Shown here one piece after another: positions 48,820 to 58,693 of a stretch of 64,000 nucleotides of DNA. Numbering within the stretch: position 1 is the first letter of the stretch; each line of letters starts with the position of its first letter. The stretch comes from Eubacteriales bacterium (lineage in GTDB: Bacteria; Bacillota; Clostridia; Oscillospirales; Butyricicoccaceae), in contig JAUNGZ010000008.1 in NCBI GenBank assembly GCA_030524205.1, positions 15,237 to 79,236 on the forward strand, written 5' to 3'. Both the position numbers and the translations under genes were made by a program. The notes under the pieces are model-generated. The model was given only the letters and a program-made list of their open reading frames with translations. It had not been told where the DNA came from and did not search any database.

Positions 48820-50685
48820 GTGGAGAACAACCGCTACATTGAAAACCGCGCCGCGGAGCAAACGATTTCCGCCTATGCCGCGCGGTTTTCGCTGAACGGC
48901 GAGGAGACGGTCGAAACGGTGCGGGCGCATGGGCGTGTGACCGCCGCGCCCTGCTATGCGCGCGTGTCTGACCCGTGCTATCACGCGGCGGCGATGGACG
49001 GTATCATGGTTTGCGCGGCGGATACGGCGGGCGCGTCGGAGACCACGCCGGTGACGCTCGAGCGGGCGCAGTACGAGCCGGTCAACACCGGCGACCCGCT
49101 CCGGGAACCGTTCGACAGCGTCGTGATGATTGAGGATGTGACCGAGGCGGAAAACAGACGGGTGCGGCTGATCGTGCCGGCCTATCCGTGGCAGCATGTC
49201 CGCGCGGTGGGCGAGAGCGTGGTCAGCGGCGAGATGATCCTGCCGTCCGCGCACCGCATCCGTCCGATCGACGTCGGCGCGCTGCTGGCGGGCGGCGTGG
49301 AAACGCTTCGCGTGCGCCGCCGCCCGGTTATCGGGATCATCCCGACGGGGCACGAGCTGGTCGAGCACGCGGATGAACTGCGTCAGGGGCGGCTAGTGGA
49401 ATACAATTCGCACGTGTTCGCGGCGCTGGCGGCGGAATACGACGCGGATGCAAAACGGTATCCGATCGTGCGGGGAGACGGGGCGGCGCTGTCCCGCGCG
49501 CTTTCGCAGGCGCTGGACGAGTGCGATATCGTGGTGGTCAACGCCGGTTCTTCCGCCGGGACGCGGGATTTCACGCGGCAAGCGATCGAAACGGTCGGAC
49601 ACATCCACGCGCACGGTCTGGCAATCCGCCCGGGCAAGCCGACTATTTTGGGCGAGGCGCGCGGGAAACCCGTGCTCGGCATTCCCGGCTATCCGGTCGC
49701 GGCGTATTTTATGTTTCAAAAGTGCGTGCGCGCGCTGCTCCGGCCGGGCGAGCGCGAGCAAACGGTGCGGGCGCGTCTGGTGCGGCGCGTGGTTTCCGCC
49801 CTGCGGCATGAGGAATTGGTGCGCGTCAGTCTGGGTTGGATCGGCGGCGAATGGCTCGCCGCCCCGCTCGACCGGGGCGCGGCATCGATCATGAGCGTTG
49901 TGCGCGCGGACGGCGTGCTGACCGTGCCGCAGCAGCTCGAGGGCATTGAGGCGGGCGCGGCCGTGACGGTCACGCTGACCGAGCCTCTCGAAACGCTGCG
50001 CCGAACGCTGCAAATCATCGGCAGCCACGATCTGATGCTGGATGAGCTGCGGGAGCACGTGCCGCTCAAAAGCGTGCATGTGGGCAGCATGAACGGTCTG
50101 CTCGCGCTGAAAAACGGACAGTGCCATTTGGCGCCCATCCATGTGCTGGACGAGGACACCGGACGGTATAACGAGGCGCTCGTTCGCGCGGTGCTCGGAT
50201 CGGGCGATTACAGCATCATCCGCGGCGTCGGGCGCGTGCAGGGCTTTTATCTGCGGCCGGACGATCCGCTGGAAACGGTTTGCTTTGCCGACCTGACCCG
50301 CGCGGATATTTCACTGGCCAACCGGCAGCGGGGCGCGGGCACGCGGCTGCTGCTGGACTATCATCTGCGGCTGGAGGGGATCGATGGGCAGGCGGTCGCG
50401 GGCTACCGACGGGAGTGGAACACCCATATGGCGGTGGCGAGCGCGGTGCAGAGCGGCCTGTGCCGCACCGGGCTCGGCGTGTATTCCGCGGCAAAGGCGC
50501 TGGGGCTGCGGTTCGTACCGGTGGCGGAGGAACAGTACGATTTCGCGGTGCGCACAGACGATCTTGCGGACGAGCGCGTCAAGCATTTTATAGAAGGCTT
50601 ACAGGCGGAATGGCTGCGTCGTCGGCTCGACGCGCTGGGCGGCTACACCGCGCAGCAAATCGGCAGCGTGCGGCGGCTGCCGTAA
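48820..50685 (+). CDS. moeA: MoeA fused to periplasmic-binding-protein-like domain
   Basis: AAMDGI, RPGKPT, PGYPVA, then GSHD, GSMNGL, NRQRGAGTR. Confidence 0.88.
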   Translation: MENNRYIENRAAEQTISAYAARFSLNGEETVETVRAHGRVTAAPCYARVSDPCYHAAAMDGIMVCAADTAGASETTPVTLERAQYEPVNTGDPLREPFDSVVMIEDVTEAENRRVRLIVPAYPWQHVRAVGESVVSGEMILPSAHRIRPIDVGALLAGGVETLRVRRRPVIGIIPTGHELVEHADELRQGRLVEYNSHVFAALAAEYDADAKRYPIVRGDGAALSRALSQALDECDIVVVNAGSSAGTRDFTRQAIETVGHIHAHGLAIRPGKPTILGEARGKPVLGIPGYPVAAYFMFQKCVRALLRPGEREQTVRARLVRRVVSALRHEELVRVSLGWIGGEWLAAPLDRGAASIMSVVRADGVLTVPQQLEGIEAGAAVTVTLTEPLETLRRTLQIIGSHDLMLDELREHVPLKSVHVGSMNGLLALKNGQCHLAPIHVLDEDTGRYNEALVRAVLGSGDYSIIRGVGRVQGFYLRPDDPLETVCFADLTRADISLANRQRGAGTRLLLDYHLRLEGIDGQAVAGYRREWNTHMAVASAVQSGLCRTGLGVYSAAKALGLRFVPVAEEQYDFAVRTDDLADERVKHFIEGLQAEWLRRRLDALGGYTAQQIGSVRRLP

Positions 50686-50701
50686 GAAAAGGAGGGAAGC
50701 G

Positions 50702-51145
50702 ATGGCGGCGCGGGTGGTTTCTCTGCGGGTGCAGAGGGGAAAAGGCGCGGCGGCGCGGACTGTGCGGCGGCTGTACTGTGACGTGCGGCGCGGCGTTCTG
50801 AACGATGTGCACAGCGGGCACGGAAAGCGGCAGGTTTGCCTGCGCTTTTACGGAACCGAGCCGGATGACCGGACGGAGGGCTTGTGCGCCCGCAAATTTA
50901 CGGAAAACGTGGCAATCGCGGATCTGCCCGTACAGTCGCTGACCCTGAACAGCGTGCTGCGGATTGGCGGCTGTGTTTTGCGGCTGACGCAGCTTGGCAA
51001 AACCTGCTATGCGGACTGCGCGCTGGCCGGGCGCGGCCAAAGCTGTCCGTTAGCGCGCGAGGCCGCGTTTGCGGAGGTGTTGGAAAGCGGCTGGATCGCG
51101 CTCGGCGATGCGGCGGCGCGGATCGGAGGCGGCGATGCGGTATGA
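50702..51145 (+). CDS. MOSC domain protein
   Basis: DVHSG..RQV, FTENV, TQLGKTC..C..C, FAEVLESG. Confidence 0.75.
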   Translation: MAARVVSLRVQRGKGAAARTVRRLYCDVRRGVLNDVHSGHGKRQVCLRFYGTEPDDRTEGLCARKFTENVAIADLPVQSLTLNSVLRIGGCVLRLTQLGKTCYADCALAGRGQSCPLAREAAFAEVLESGWIALGDAAARIGGGDAV

Positions 51146-51842
51146 ACGGCAGATCGGCCTAACCGGCAGAGACGGACAGCGGCGGCTTGCCGCCGCGCGG
51201 GTCACAGTGGTGGGCGCGGGCGGGCTGGGCTGTCCGGCGCTGGTGTATCTGGCGGCCGCCGGCGTCGGGCATATCCGGATCGTGGATGGAGACACGGTTA
51301 GCGAAAGCAACCTGAACCGCCAGTTTTTGTATCATGCCGGCGATATCGGCGCGAGCAAAGCGGAATTGGCCGGCAGGCGGCTTCGGCAGATGGTTCCGGA
51401 GCTGTGCGTAGAGACCCGCGCGTGTCTGGCGGACGGAGACAGCGCGCCCTCCCTTTGCGCGGGCAGCGATCTGGTGGTGTGCTGCGTGGATTCGATGTCC
51501 GCGCGGTATACGGTCGAGCGGGCGGCGCTTTCTCAAGGCGTTCCGGTGGTGGACGGCGGCGTCGGCGCGGCGGACGGCTTTGTGTTCGCGGCCGCGCCCG
51601 GCGGGCCGTGCATCGGCTGCCTGACGGGCGGCTTGTGCCCGGAAACGGGAACGCCGCCGCAGGTGCTCGGCGCGTCCGCGGGGATCATCGGCAGCATGCA
51701 GGCGCGTTTGGCGGTCGACATCCTGCTGGGGGATAAAGAACAGTTTGGGTGGTATACCGCGGTTGGGTTTTCTCCATTTTCGCTGACGACGCATCCAATC
51801 GGCGTGGTTGATAATTGTCATATATGCCAAAAGAAATATTAA
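51135..51842 (+). CDS. moeB: MoeB/ThiF-family adenylyltransferase
   Basis: RYERQI, VGAGGLG, DGDTVSESNLNRQ, CIGC..CHIC. Confidence 0.85.
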   Translation: MRYERQIGLTGRDGQRRLAAARVTVVGAGGLGCPALVYLAAAGVGHIRIVDGDTVSESNLNRQFLYHAGDIGASKAELAGRRLRQMVPELCVETRACLADGDSAPSLCAGSDLVVCCVDSMSARYTVERAALSQGVPVVDGGVGAADGFVFAAAPGGPCIGCLTGGLCPETGTPPQVLGASAGIIGSMQARLAVDILLGDKEQFGWYTAVGFSPFSLTTHPIGVVDNCHICQKKY

Positions 51843-51887
51843 AGAATTCAATATATAATACAAAAATATAAATATAATATAAAATGA

Positions 51888-51916
51888 TTGACAAGTCGAC
51901 AGTAAGTGGATAAAAT
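51888..51916 (+). promoter_or_regulatory. promoter of the GRE operon
   Basis: TTGACA-17-TAAAAT after an AT-rich tract; GTCGAC palindrome in the spacer. Confidence 0.7.
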
Positions 51917-51996
51917 GAGGATAGCCGAATAGATGATGATTCCCACACATCGTCATCCAAATAGAACCGCTTTTCTTTAAGGAGGAGGGATATCCC

Positions 51997-54354
51997 GTGT
52001 TACAGCTCACCCCAAGATTGGAAAAACTGAAAGACCGCCTGTTTAATGTCGAATATCATGATCCGGGCGTCTGGCACTTTCAAAATGTGAATATTCTGGA
52101 TATTACCGGAAACGAGTTTATGAAGGACGAACCGCTTGTTGTGCGCAAAGCGTACGCGCAGCAGCATATCTGCCGGTACCTTCCCGCGCAGATCAAGCCG
52201 GACGAGCTGATCGTCGGCCGTCCGAACCAGAACAGCGTCGGCTGGGGCAGCGTGCTGCCGAAGTACTATACCAAGGACGAGGGCGAGCTTGCCGCGCGCT
52301 ATGAGCTGGACGAATGCTCGCTGTGGGGCCACCATCCCCCGGCGTTTGACAAGATCCTGACGCAGGGCGTCACCGGCGTCAAGGAGGAGGTCGAAGCCGC
52401 GCTGCGCGCGCAGCTCGACAGCGCCGAGCCGGATGAAATGGCGGTCAACGAATACCGCGCGATGTTGATCTCGCTGGACGCGCTGGTCGAGTTTTCGCAC
52501 CGCCACGCGGCGGAGGCCCTCAAGCAGGCGCAGAGCACGCAGGACGAAGCGCGCCGGAACGAGCTGCTGGAAATCTACCGCACCTGCCAGCAGGTGCCCG
52601 AGCTTCCCGCGCAGAATTTGCAGCAGGCGCTGCAGGCGTATTGGTTTACATATGCGATCGTCAACAGCGGCGGCGAGTTTATCCCGCTGGGCCGCGCCGA
52701 CCAGTATATTTATCCGTTCTATCAGAAGGATATCGAGTCGGGCGTGCTGACCCGGGAGCAGGCGGTCGATCTGCTGGGCAGCTTTTTGGTCAAGTGCAAC
52801 GAGCGCATCATCATTGATACCAAGAAAGCGGAAAACCACTTCAGCTTCGGCCTGTTTTCGCAGGGCGTTGTGCTGAACGAGGAAGAGGCGCAGAGCCGCA
52901 TCAACGGCACGGGCGGCTTCGCGCAGCGCGCGCTGATGTGGCAGGACGACGAGGACATCAACAGCGAGGCCAACTTCAACTACGGGCAGTCCGGCAACGA
53001 CTGGCTGATGAACTGCATGGTCGGCGGCGTGCATCCGGACGGAACGGACGCGACCAACGACGTTTCCTATCTGCTCATCGACATCATGCACTCGATGCAG
53101 CTTTTGTTCCCGACGATGGGCGCGCGCGTCCATAATAACACGCCGCAGAGCTTTTTGGAGCTGCTCGGCGCGGTGCTCCGCTATGGACAGGGCGAGCCGA
53201 TGATCTACAACGACGAAACGATCATTCCCGGCTTTGTCGAGCAGGGCGTGCCGCTTGAGGAAGCGCGCGAATACTGCAACGACGGCTGCTGGGAAACGCT
53301 GATCGCGGGCAAGAGCCATTTCAGCTACGCGCACGTGATGAACCTGCGCTGCTTGGAGCATGTGCTGTTCCGCGGCGTCAGCTTGAACAACGGCGAGCAG
53401 GAGGGGCTTGACACGGGCGACCCGCTGGCGTTCGAGAGCTTCGAGGAGCTGTACGCGGCCTATGTCAAGCAGATGGACGACCGGATCGACTTCCAGTGCG
53501 AACGCCGTCTGGAAAACTTCGGCCTGTCCTATATGATCGCGCCCGACCCGCTGTTCTCCTCGATCACGCACGACTGCGTGAAAAAGGGACGCGATATCAG
53601 TCAGGACGGCGCGCGGTATATCTTCCATCTGATTCTGGCGACCGGTCTGGCCGACACGGTCGACGCGCTCGCGGCGATCAAAAAAATGGTGTTCGAGGAC
53701 AAGAAGGTCACGATGGCCGAGCTGCTAGACGCGCTGAAAAACAACTGGAAGGGCGCGGAAAAGCTGCGCGCCATGCTGATGAACGCCGTGCCCAAGTTCG
53801 GCAACGACAACGACTATGTCGACGAGATCGCCGTTCGCCTGCTGCATGACTTCGAGACGCGCGTGGTTTCTTGGCGCGAAAAGCAGGACCGCCTGATGTT
53901 CTCCTGCGGCATCGGCACCTTTGAAAACTACGCCGTGCTGGGACGCGACATCGGCGCGTCTGCCAACGGCCGCTGCTTCGGCGACGCGCTGGCGCCCAAT
54001 TACTCGCCGGTCGCCGGGCAGGACGTGGAAGGGCCGACCGCTGCGATCAAGAGCATCACCAAGCCCGACCTGCTGCGCTTTTACTGCGGCACGCCGCTCG
54101 ATATCGCGGTCAACTCCAACGAGTTTGTCGGCGAGGCGGGCATTGCGCGCATGTCCGATCTGATCCGCTCGTTCTGCGATCTGGGCGGACAGATCCTGAC
54201 GATCACCAGCACCAATGTCGAGGACCTCAAGGATGCGAAGATCCATCCTGAAAACCATAAAAGCCTGCGCGTGCGCATGGGCGGCCTGTCCGCGTACTTT
54301 ATCGCGATGGCGCCCGCGCAGCAGGACAATATTATCAAACGGTTTTCCAGATAA
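51997..54354 (+). CDS. glycyl radical enzyme (PFL2/diol dehydratase superfamily), substrate unknown
   Basis: IKPDELIVG, LGRADQY, NDGCWE Cys loop, PKFGND, C-terminal LRVRMGGLSAYF Gly loop; GTG start with AGGAGG. Confidence 0.92.
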   Translation: MLQLTPRLEKLKDRLFNVEYHDPGVWHFQNVNILDITGNEFMKDEPLVVRKAYAQQHICRYLPAQIKPDELIVGRPNQNSVGWGSVLPKYYTKDEGELAARYELDECSLWGHHPPAFDKILTQGVTGVKEEVEAALRAQLDSAEPDEMAVNEYRAMLISLDALVEFSHRHAAEALKQAQSTQDEARRNELLEIYRTCQQVPELPAQNLQQALQAYWFTYAIVNSGGEFIPLGRADQYIYPFYQKDIESGVLTREQAVDLLGSFLVKCNERIIIDTKKAENHFSFGLFSQGVVLNEEEAQSRINGTGGFAQRALMWQDDEDINSEANFNYGQSGNDWLMNCMVGGVHPDGTDATNDVSYLLIDIMHSMQLLFPTMGARVHNNTPQSFLELLGAVLRYGQGEPMIYNDETIIPGFVEQGVPLEEAREYCNDGCWETLIAGKSHFSYAHVMNLRCLEHVLFRGVSLNNGEQEGLDTGDPLAFESFEELYAAYVKQMDDRIDFQCERRLENFGLSYMIAPDPLFSSITHDCVKKGRDISQDGARYIFHLILATGLADTVDALAAIKKMVFEDKKVTMAELLDALKNNWKGAEKLRAMLMNAVPKFGNDNDYVDEIAVRLLHDFETRVVSWREKQDRLMFSCGIGTFENYAVLGRDIGASANGRCFGDALAPNYSPVAGQDVEGPTAAIKSITKPDLLRFYCGTPLDIAVNSNEFVGEAGIARMSDLIRSFCDLGGQILTITSTNVEDLKDAKIHPENHKSLRVRMGGLSAYFIAMAPAQQDNIIKRFSR

Positions 54355-54372
54355 ACCGGTGGAAGTGGTGCA

Positions 54373-55317
54373 ATGAACAAAGCGTATGTATCGGAAATCC
54401 AGCGATTCTGTGTGCATGACGGTCCGGGAATCCGCACGACGGTGTTCTTTCAGGGCTGCCCGCTGCGCTGCCGCTGGTGCCAGAACCCGGAAACAATTTC
54501 GATCAGGCCGGTGCTGCTGTACAACCCGGAGCTTTGCGCGGGCTGCCGCTCCTGTCTGGACGCTTGTCCGCAGGGGGCGCTGTCAGCCGATGAGAACGGT
54601 CTGCTCGTCACCGATCCGGAGCGCTGCACCAAATGCGGCGCCTGCTGCGACGCCTGTTATTTTCTGGCGCGCAAGCTGAGCTCGCGGCCGATGACGGTTG
54701 ACGAACTGTTCGAGAACGTCATGCGGGACGAAGTGGTTTATAAAAACAGCGGCGGCGGGTTGACGATCAGCGGAGGGGAACCGCTGATATACCCGGATTT
54801 CAATTATGAGCTGCTGCGCCGCTGCAAAGAGGCCGGCGTTTCAACGGCGGTCGAGACGGCCGGACTGGTGCCGACAGAGGTGGTGGAACGCTTTGTTCCG
54901 GTCACAAGCACGTTTTTGTTTGATCTGAAGCTTTTTCACGCGGACCGCCATCGGGAATGGACCGGCGTATCCAACGAGCTGATCTTAAAAAACCTGCGGC
55001 GTGTCACGGATTTGCACGACAATGTCGTCGTTCGCGTGCCGCTGATTCCGGGCGTCAATGACACGGCGGAGGAGTTCGGCGCAATGATGGATTTTGTATC
55101 CGGGCTGCGCCGGATCAACGGCGTGCACATCCTGCCGTTCCATCAGTTCGGCGCGGGCAAATACAGCCTCGCGGGCATGCCCTACACGCTGGCCGACCTG
55201 CCGGAGGAGAACGAGGAGGGCGTCGCCCGCTGCAAGGGGATTGCCGAGCAGCATGGCTTTCGCGTCAACCTCGGCGGCACGGGCTTTTTGTCCGACCGAA
55301 AAACCGCAAGCATGTAA
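54373..55317 (+). CDS. glycyl radical enzyme activase with ferredoxin insert
   Basis: HDGPGIRTTVFFQGCPLRCRWCQNPE, two CxxCxxCxxxC motifs, SGGEP. Confidence 0.93.
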   Translation: MNKAYVSEIQRFCVHDGPGIRTTVFFQGCPLRCRWCQNPETISIRPVLLYNPELCAGCRSCLDACPQGALSADENGLLVTDPERCTKCGACCDACYFLARKLSSRPMTVDELFENVMRDEVVYKNSGGGLTISGGEPLIYPDFNYELLRRCKEAGVSTAVETAGLVPTEVVERFVPVTSTFLFDLKLFHADRHREWTGVSNELILKNLRRVTDLHDNVVVRVPLIPGVNDTAEEFGAMMDFVSGLRRINGVHILPFHQFGAGKYSLAGMPYTLADLPEENEEGVARCKGIAEQHGFRVNLGGTGFLSDRKTASM

Positions 55318-55351
55318 AAAACAGCTCCTGCATTGCAGGAGCTGTTTTTTT
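55316..55351. terminator. bidirectional terminator
   Basis: AAAAAACAGCTCCTGC / GCAGGAGCTGTTTTTT. Confidence 0.85.
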
Positions 55352-55423
55352 GCCCAAAAAATGCGGGGGTACGCGCAATATGCGCATACCCCGCAAGAGA
55401 GAAGAGAGAACGAATGCCTTACG

Positions 55424-56104
55424 TTAAAGCTTGAGATCGGAAGGGAGGTTGTACAAAAAATTCCGGGGAAAGTATTGATCGAGCAGGTAGAAGCTGCTGA
55501 GATGGTCGGTCAAAATTTCCAGTCCGAGCGCCTCGTCGTGGTTCATCAGCGCTGATACGATCTCGAAATGCTGCTCCACGTGCCGCTTGGTGTTGACGAC
55601 GGCGTCGGTATGGTACAGCAGGATAAACTGCATGCGAAGATACAGCTCTGTATGGTATTTGACCAACAGCTTGTTGTGGCTGATTTTGGCCAGCTCCAAA
55701 TGAAAGTTGCAGTCCTCGGTGCGCCGGTTAAACTGGTCGTTTGCTTCCATACCCGCGCGGCACTTATCCGCGATTTCATACAAGCGTAAAAAATCCGCGT
55801 GATTGCCGTACAGCATCGCCAGCTTGAACGCAATGCTGTCCAGCGAAATGCGCAGCATGCCGATATCGCGCACGGTATCGGGCGTATAGGTGGATACGGT
55901 GGCAAACCGGTTGGCCGCAATATCGACAAGCCCTTGGTTGGCGAGGTGGCGAAGCGCGGTGCGCACGGGCGTTCGGCTGATGCCGAACTCCTCGGCGATC
56001 CGAACCTCGGCAATGCGGTCGCCGGGACAAAGCTGCTTTGTCATGATCAGATCCAGAATATGGTCATATGCGAGCTGGCTTAAAGAATTGCGGTTTTTTG
56101 ACAT
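55424..56104 (-). CDS. GntR/FCD-family regulator 2, paralog of 41349-42041
   Basis: FGISRTPVRTA, DCNFHLELAKIS, ELYLRMQFILL. Confidence 0.9.
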   Translation of the reverse strand: MSKNRNSLSQLAYDHILDLIMTKQLCPGDRIAEVRIAEEFGISRTPVRTALRHLANQGLVDIAANRFATVSTYTPDTVRDIGMLRISLDSIAFKLAMLYGNHADFLRLYEIADKCRAGMEANDQFNRRTEDCNFHLELAKISHNKLLVKYHTELYLRMQFILLYHTDAVVNTKRHVEQHFEIVSALMNHDEALGLEILTDHLSSFYLLDQYFPRNFLYNLPSDLKL

Positions 56105-56238
56105 AATTTGTGTCCTCATATCGAAGTGGTTTATTAGAGCGATGATAAAATACAATTTTGATTTTATGCTACAATCTAATAATAACAATAAATAAAAATT
56201 TGTCAATTAAATGAGAATAAAAAAGCAAATAAAAATTT

Positions 56239-56341
56239 ATGCATACAAAAATTATTATATAATATTGTTTATTTTCACGGCCTGTTCATTGTTGACAAAA
56301 AACCGTAGGGTTGTTAATATAATTGTATGCAATGCATGCAA
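56239..56341 (+). promoter_or_regulatory. sugar ABC operon promoter with repeated GntR-type sites
   Basis: ATGCATACAA (56239), TTGACA (56292) with TAATAT at 17 bp, TTGTATGCAATGCATGCAA (56323-56341). Confidence 0.65.
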
Positions 56342-56452
56342 ATATAAGACGATTATAAAATAACGTCGACGATATTGCGGCAATGTTGCAGAATGAGCTC
56401 CGAAGCGGAGCGTGGCTATCAAACGACCACAAATGAAGAAGGAGTGTACGGT

Positions 56453-57571
56453 ATGAAGAAGTTATTTGCGTTATTGCTGTCAGCGGCCATGATGATGACG
56501 GTGTTGACGGGCTGCGGCGGGAACGGGGGCAGCGGCCAGCCGGCGGACAACGGCGGCGGCGCCGACGAAGGCGCAGGCACGTCCGGCAAGACCTGCCTGA
56601 TCGGCCTTTCGATCCGCGGATTGGATAATCCGTATTATGTGGAGCTGGTCGAATCGGTCAAGGCGTTCAGCGAAGCGACGCCGGGTACCGAGGTCGTGAC
56701 AATGGAGCATCACAGCGACGAGCAGAAGCAGGTTAACGATATTAAGTCGTTCCTGTCGCGCGGCGGCAAGGACTGCATCCTGTATGTCGATCCGCAGTCG
56801 GCCTCGATCAACGCGGAGATCGCGCAGCTTTGCGAGGACGCCGGCGTTTACTGGACCAGCACCTGGACAATGGCTGAGGACGTATACCCGCAGGATTACA
56901 AATACTATGCGGCGCATCAGACCGTAGATAATACGCAGGGCGCGTACGAAGCGGCCAAGGTAATGTTCGAGAGCTTCCCGGATAAAACGGGCAAAGTCGT
57001 GCTGCTTGAAGGCGCAGTGGCGAACGATGCTTCTGACGAACGCCTCGCAGGCTGGCAGAAGGCATTGGAAGAGTATCCGAACGTAGAGGTTCTGGACCAG
57101 CAGGCAAGCAACTGGGATCCGCAGACCGGCCTCAATATTGCGCAGACCTGGCTGACCAAATACGGCGACGAGATGGACGGTATCTGCTGTGCAAACGATT
57201 CGCTGGCGCTGGCGGTTATCGAGGGCATGAAGGCCAAGGGCAAGACTGCTGACGACATCAAGATCATCGGTTTCGACGGTATTCCGGATGCGATCACGGC
57301 AATTCAGAGCGGCGATATGCTGGCCACCTGCTATTCCAACGGCTGGTGTCAGGGCGCGTACGGCGTTGCGACCGCTTATCACGCTTATCAGGGCGAACTG
57401 GATACGGAAACCTGCGAGCAGGACAAGCGCGCGTATTACACCAATGCGATCACGGTCAGCGCGGACAACGTGGCGCAGTTCGTATCGGAATACATCGACA
57501 GCAAGCCCACGCTGGATTACAGCGAAAGCTTCGGCGGCTTTGTTAAGCCCATCGAAATTCCGGCGGCCTAA
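56453..57571 (+). CDS. sugar/polyol ABC substrate-binding lipoprotein (RbsB-like)
   Basis: lipobox LTGC; LDNPYY, SNWD, CANDSLA, IGFDG. Confidence 0.88.
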   Translation: MKKLFALLLSAAMMMTVLTGCGGNGGSGQPADNGGGADEGAGTSGKTCLIGLSIRGLDNPYYVELVESVKAFSEATPGTEVVTMEHHSDEQKQVNDIKSFLSRGGKDCILYVDPQSASINAEIAQLCEDAGVYWTSTWTMAEDVYPQDYKYYAAHQTVDNTQGAYEAAKVMFESFPDKTGKVVLLEGAVANDASDERLAGWQKALEEYPNVEVLDQQASNWDPQTGLNIAQTWLTKYGDEMDGICCANDSLALAVIEGMKAKGKTADDIKIIGFDGIPDAITAIQSGDMLATCYSNGWCQGAYGVATAYHAYQGELDTETCEQDKRAYYTNAITVSADNVAQFVSEYIDSKPTLDYSESFGGFVKPIEIPAA

Positions 57572-57669
57572 TCGTTATAATAAGATGGAATTTGTATCTG
57601 CCGGATGAAATACTCCGGCAGATATATTATCCGGGGCTTTTAAATTGTTAGCATGGGAGATGAATATTT

Positions 57670-58686
57670 ATGGCGATAAAAAATGCGTCTGCCGCATCGG
57701 TTGCCGATCAATTTGTGCAAAAAATCGAACGGCAGAATCGCAAAGATAAGATTATCCAGTTGGTGCCGGTGTGCGTGCTGGTCGGGCTGTTTGTCATCTT
57801 TTCGATTGCGGCACCGGGGTTTGCATCAATCGAAAATGTGATTACAATGCTCGGGCAGACCGCCACTCCGCTGGCGATCTCGCTGGGTATCACCTTTGTT
57901 ATTCTGATCGGCTGCATCGACCTTTCGGTCGACGGTGTGATGAGCCTTGGCGGCTGCGCGGTCAGCATGCTGGTGATGAACACGATGAACAGCATGAACC
58001 TCGGTGTGTTCGGCATTGTGCTGACCATCGGTATCGGCGCTTTGATTGGTTTTTTGATCGGGCTCATTCATGTGAAAGCGCGCATCCCGTCCTTTATGGT
58101 CAGCTTTGGCTTTTCCGGCATCGCCATGGGCGCTGCGACGGCCATCACCGGCGCGGTTGCGCCCAACATTATGGACGAGGGCTTCCGCAATCTGGCGCTG
58201 CGCAGCTTTTTGGGCATCCCGTATATCGCGTGGATCAGCTTTATCATGTTTGCAGTGGCGTATATTTTGCAGGAATATACAGCGTTTGGCCGTTATCTGT
58301 TTGCGATCGGCAACGACGAGTCGATTCCCAAAATGACGGGCGTCAATATCACGGCCGTCAAGCTCAAAGCGTTTATCTGGTCGGGCGCAATGATCAGTCT
58401 GGCCGGCGTGCTGGGCGCGGCGCGCCTCGGCATGGGCACGGTTTTGATCGGCAAAAACAATCTGTTTCCGGCGATGACCGCGGTTGTGCTTGGCGGCACG
58501 GCGCTGACCGGCGGTAAGGGCGGCGTGCTCAATACGCTGCTCGGCGTCCTGATCGTTACCGAGCTGAACAACGGACTGGTTCTGCTCGGCGTTTCGCCCG
58601 ATATCCAGACCGGCATCCAGAGCGTTATTATTCTGGCCGCGGTGGCGTTGTCCTCCGTGCGCGGACGCCGTGTCGTCAGCAAGTAA
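57670..58686 (+). CDS. sugar ABC permease 1 (RbsC-like)
   Basis: IDLSVDG, IPSFMV, AVVLGGTALTGGKG. Confidence 0.9.
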   Translation: MAIKNASAASVADQFVQKIERQNRKDKIIQLVPVCVLVGLFVIFSIAAPGFASIENVITMLGQTATPLAISLGITFVILIGCIDLSVDGVMSLGGCAVSMLVMNTMNSMNLGVFGIVLTIGIGALIGFLIGLIHVKARIPSFMVSFGFSGIAMGAATAITGAVAPNIMDEGFRNLALRSFLGIPYIAWISFIMFAVAYILQEYTAFGRYLFAIGNDESIPKMTGVNITAVKLKAFIWSGAMISLAGVLGAARLGMGTVLIGKNNLFPAMTAVVLGGTALTGGKGGVLNTLLGVLIVTELNNGLVLLGVSPDIQTGIQSVIILAAVALSSVRGRRVVSK

Positions 58687-58693
58687 GGGGTGA

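Noticed and set aside
51997-54354. annotation as pyruvate formate-lyase or choline TMA-lyase
   Set aside because: Single Cys rather than Cys-Cys, different loop motifs, no microcompartment or choline genes, and sugar-ABC context
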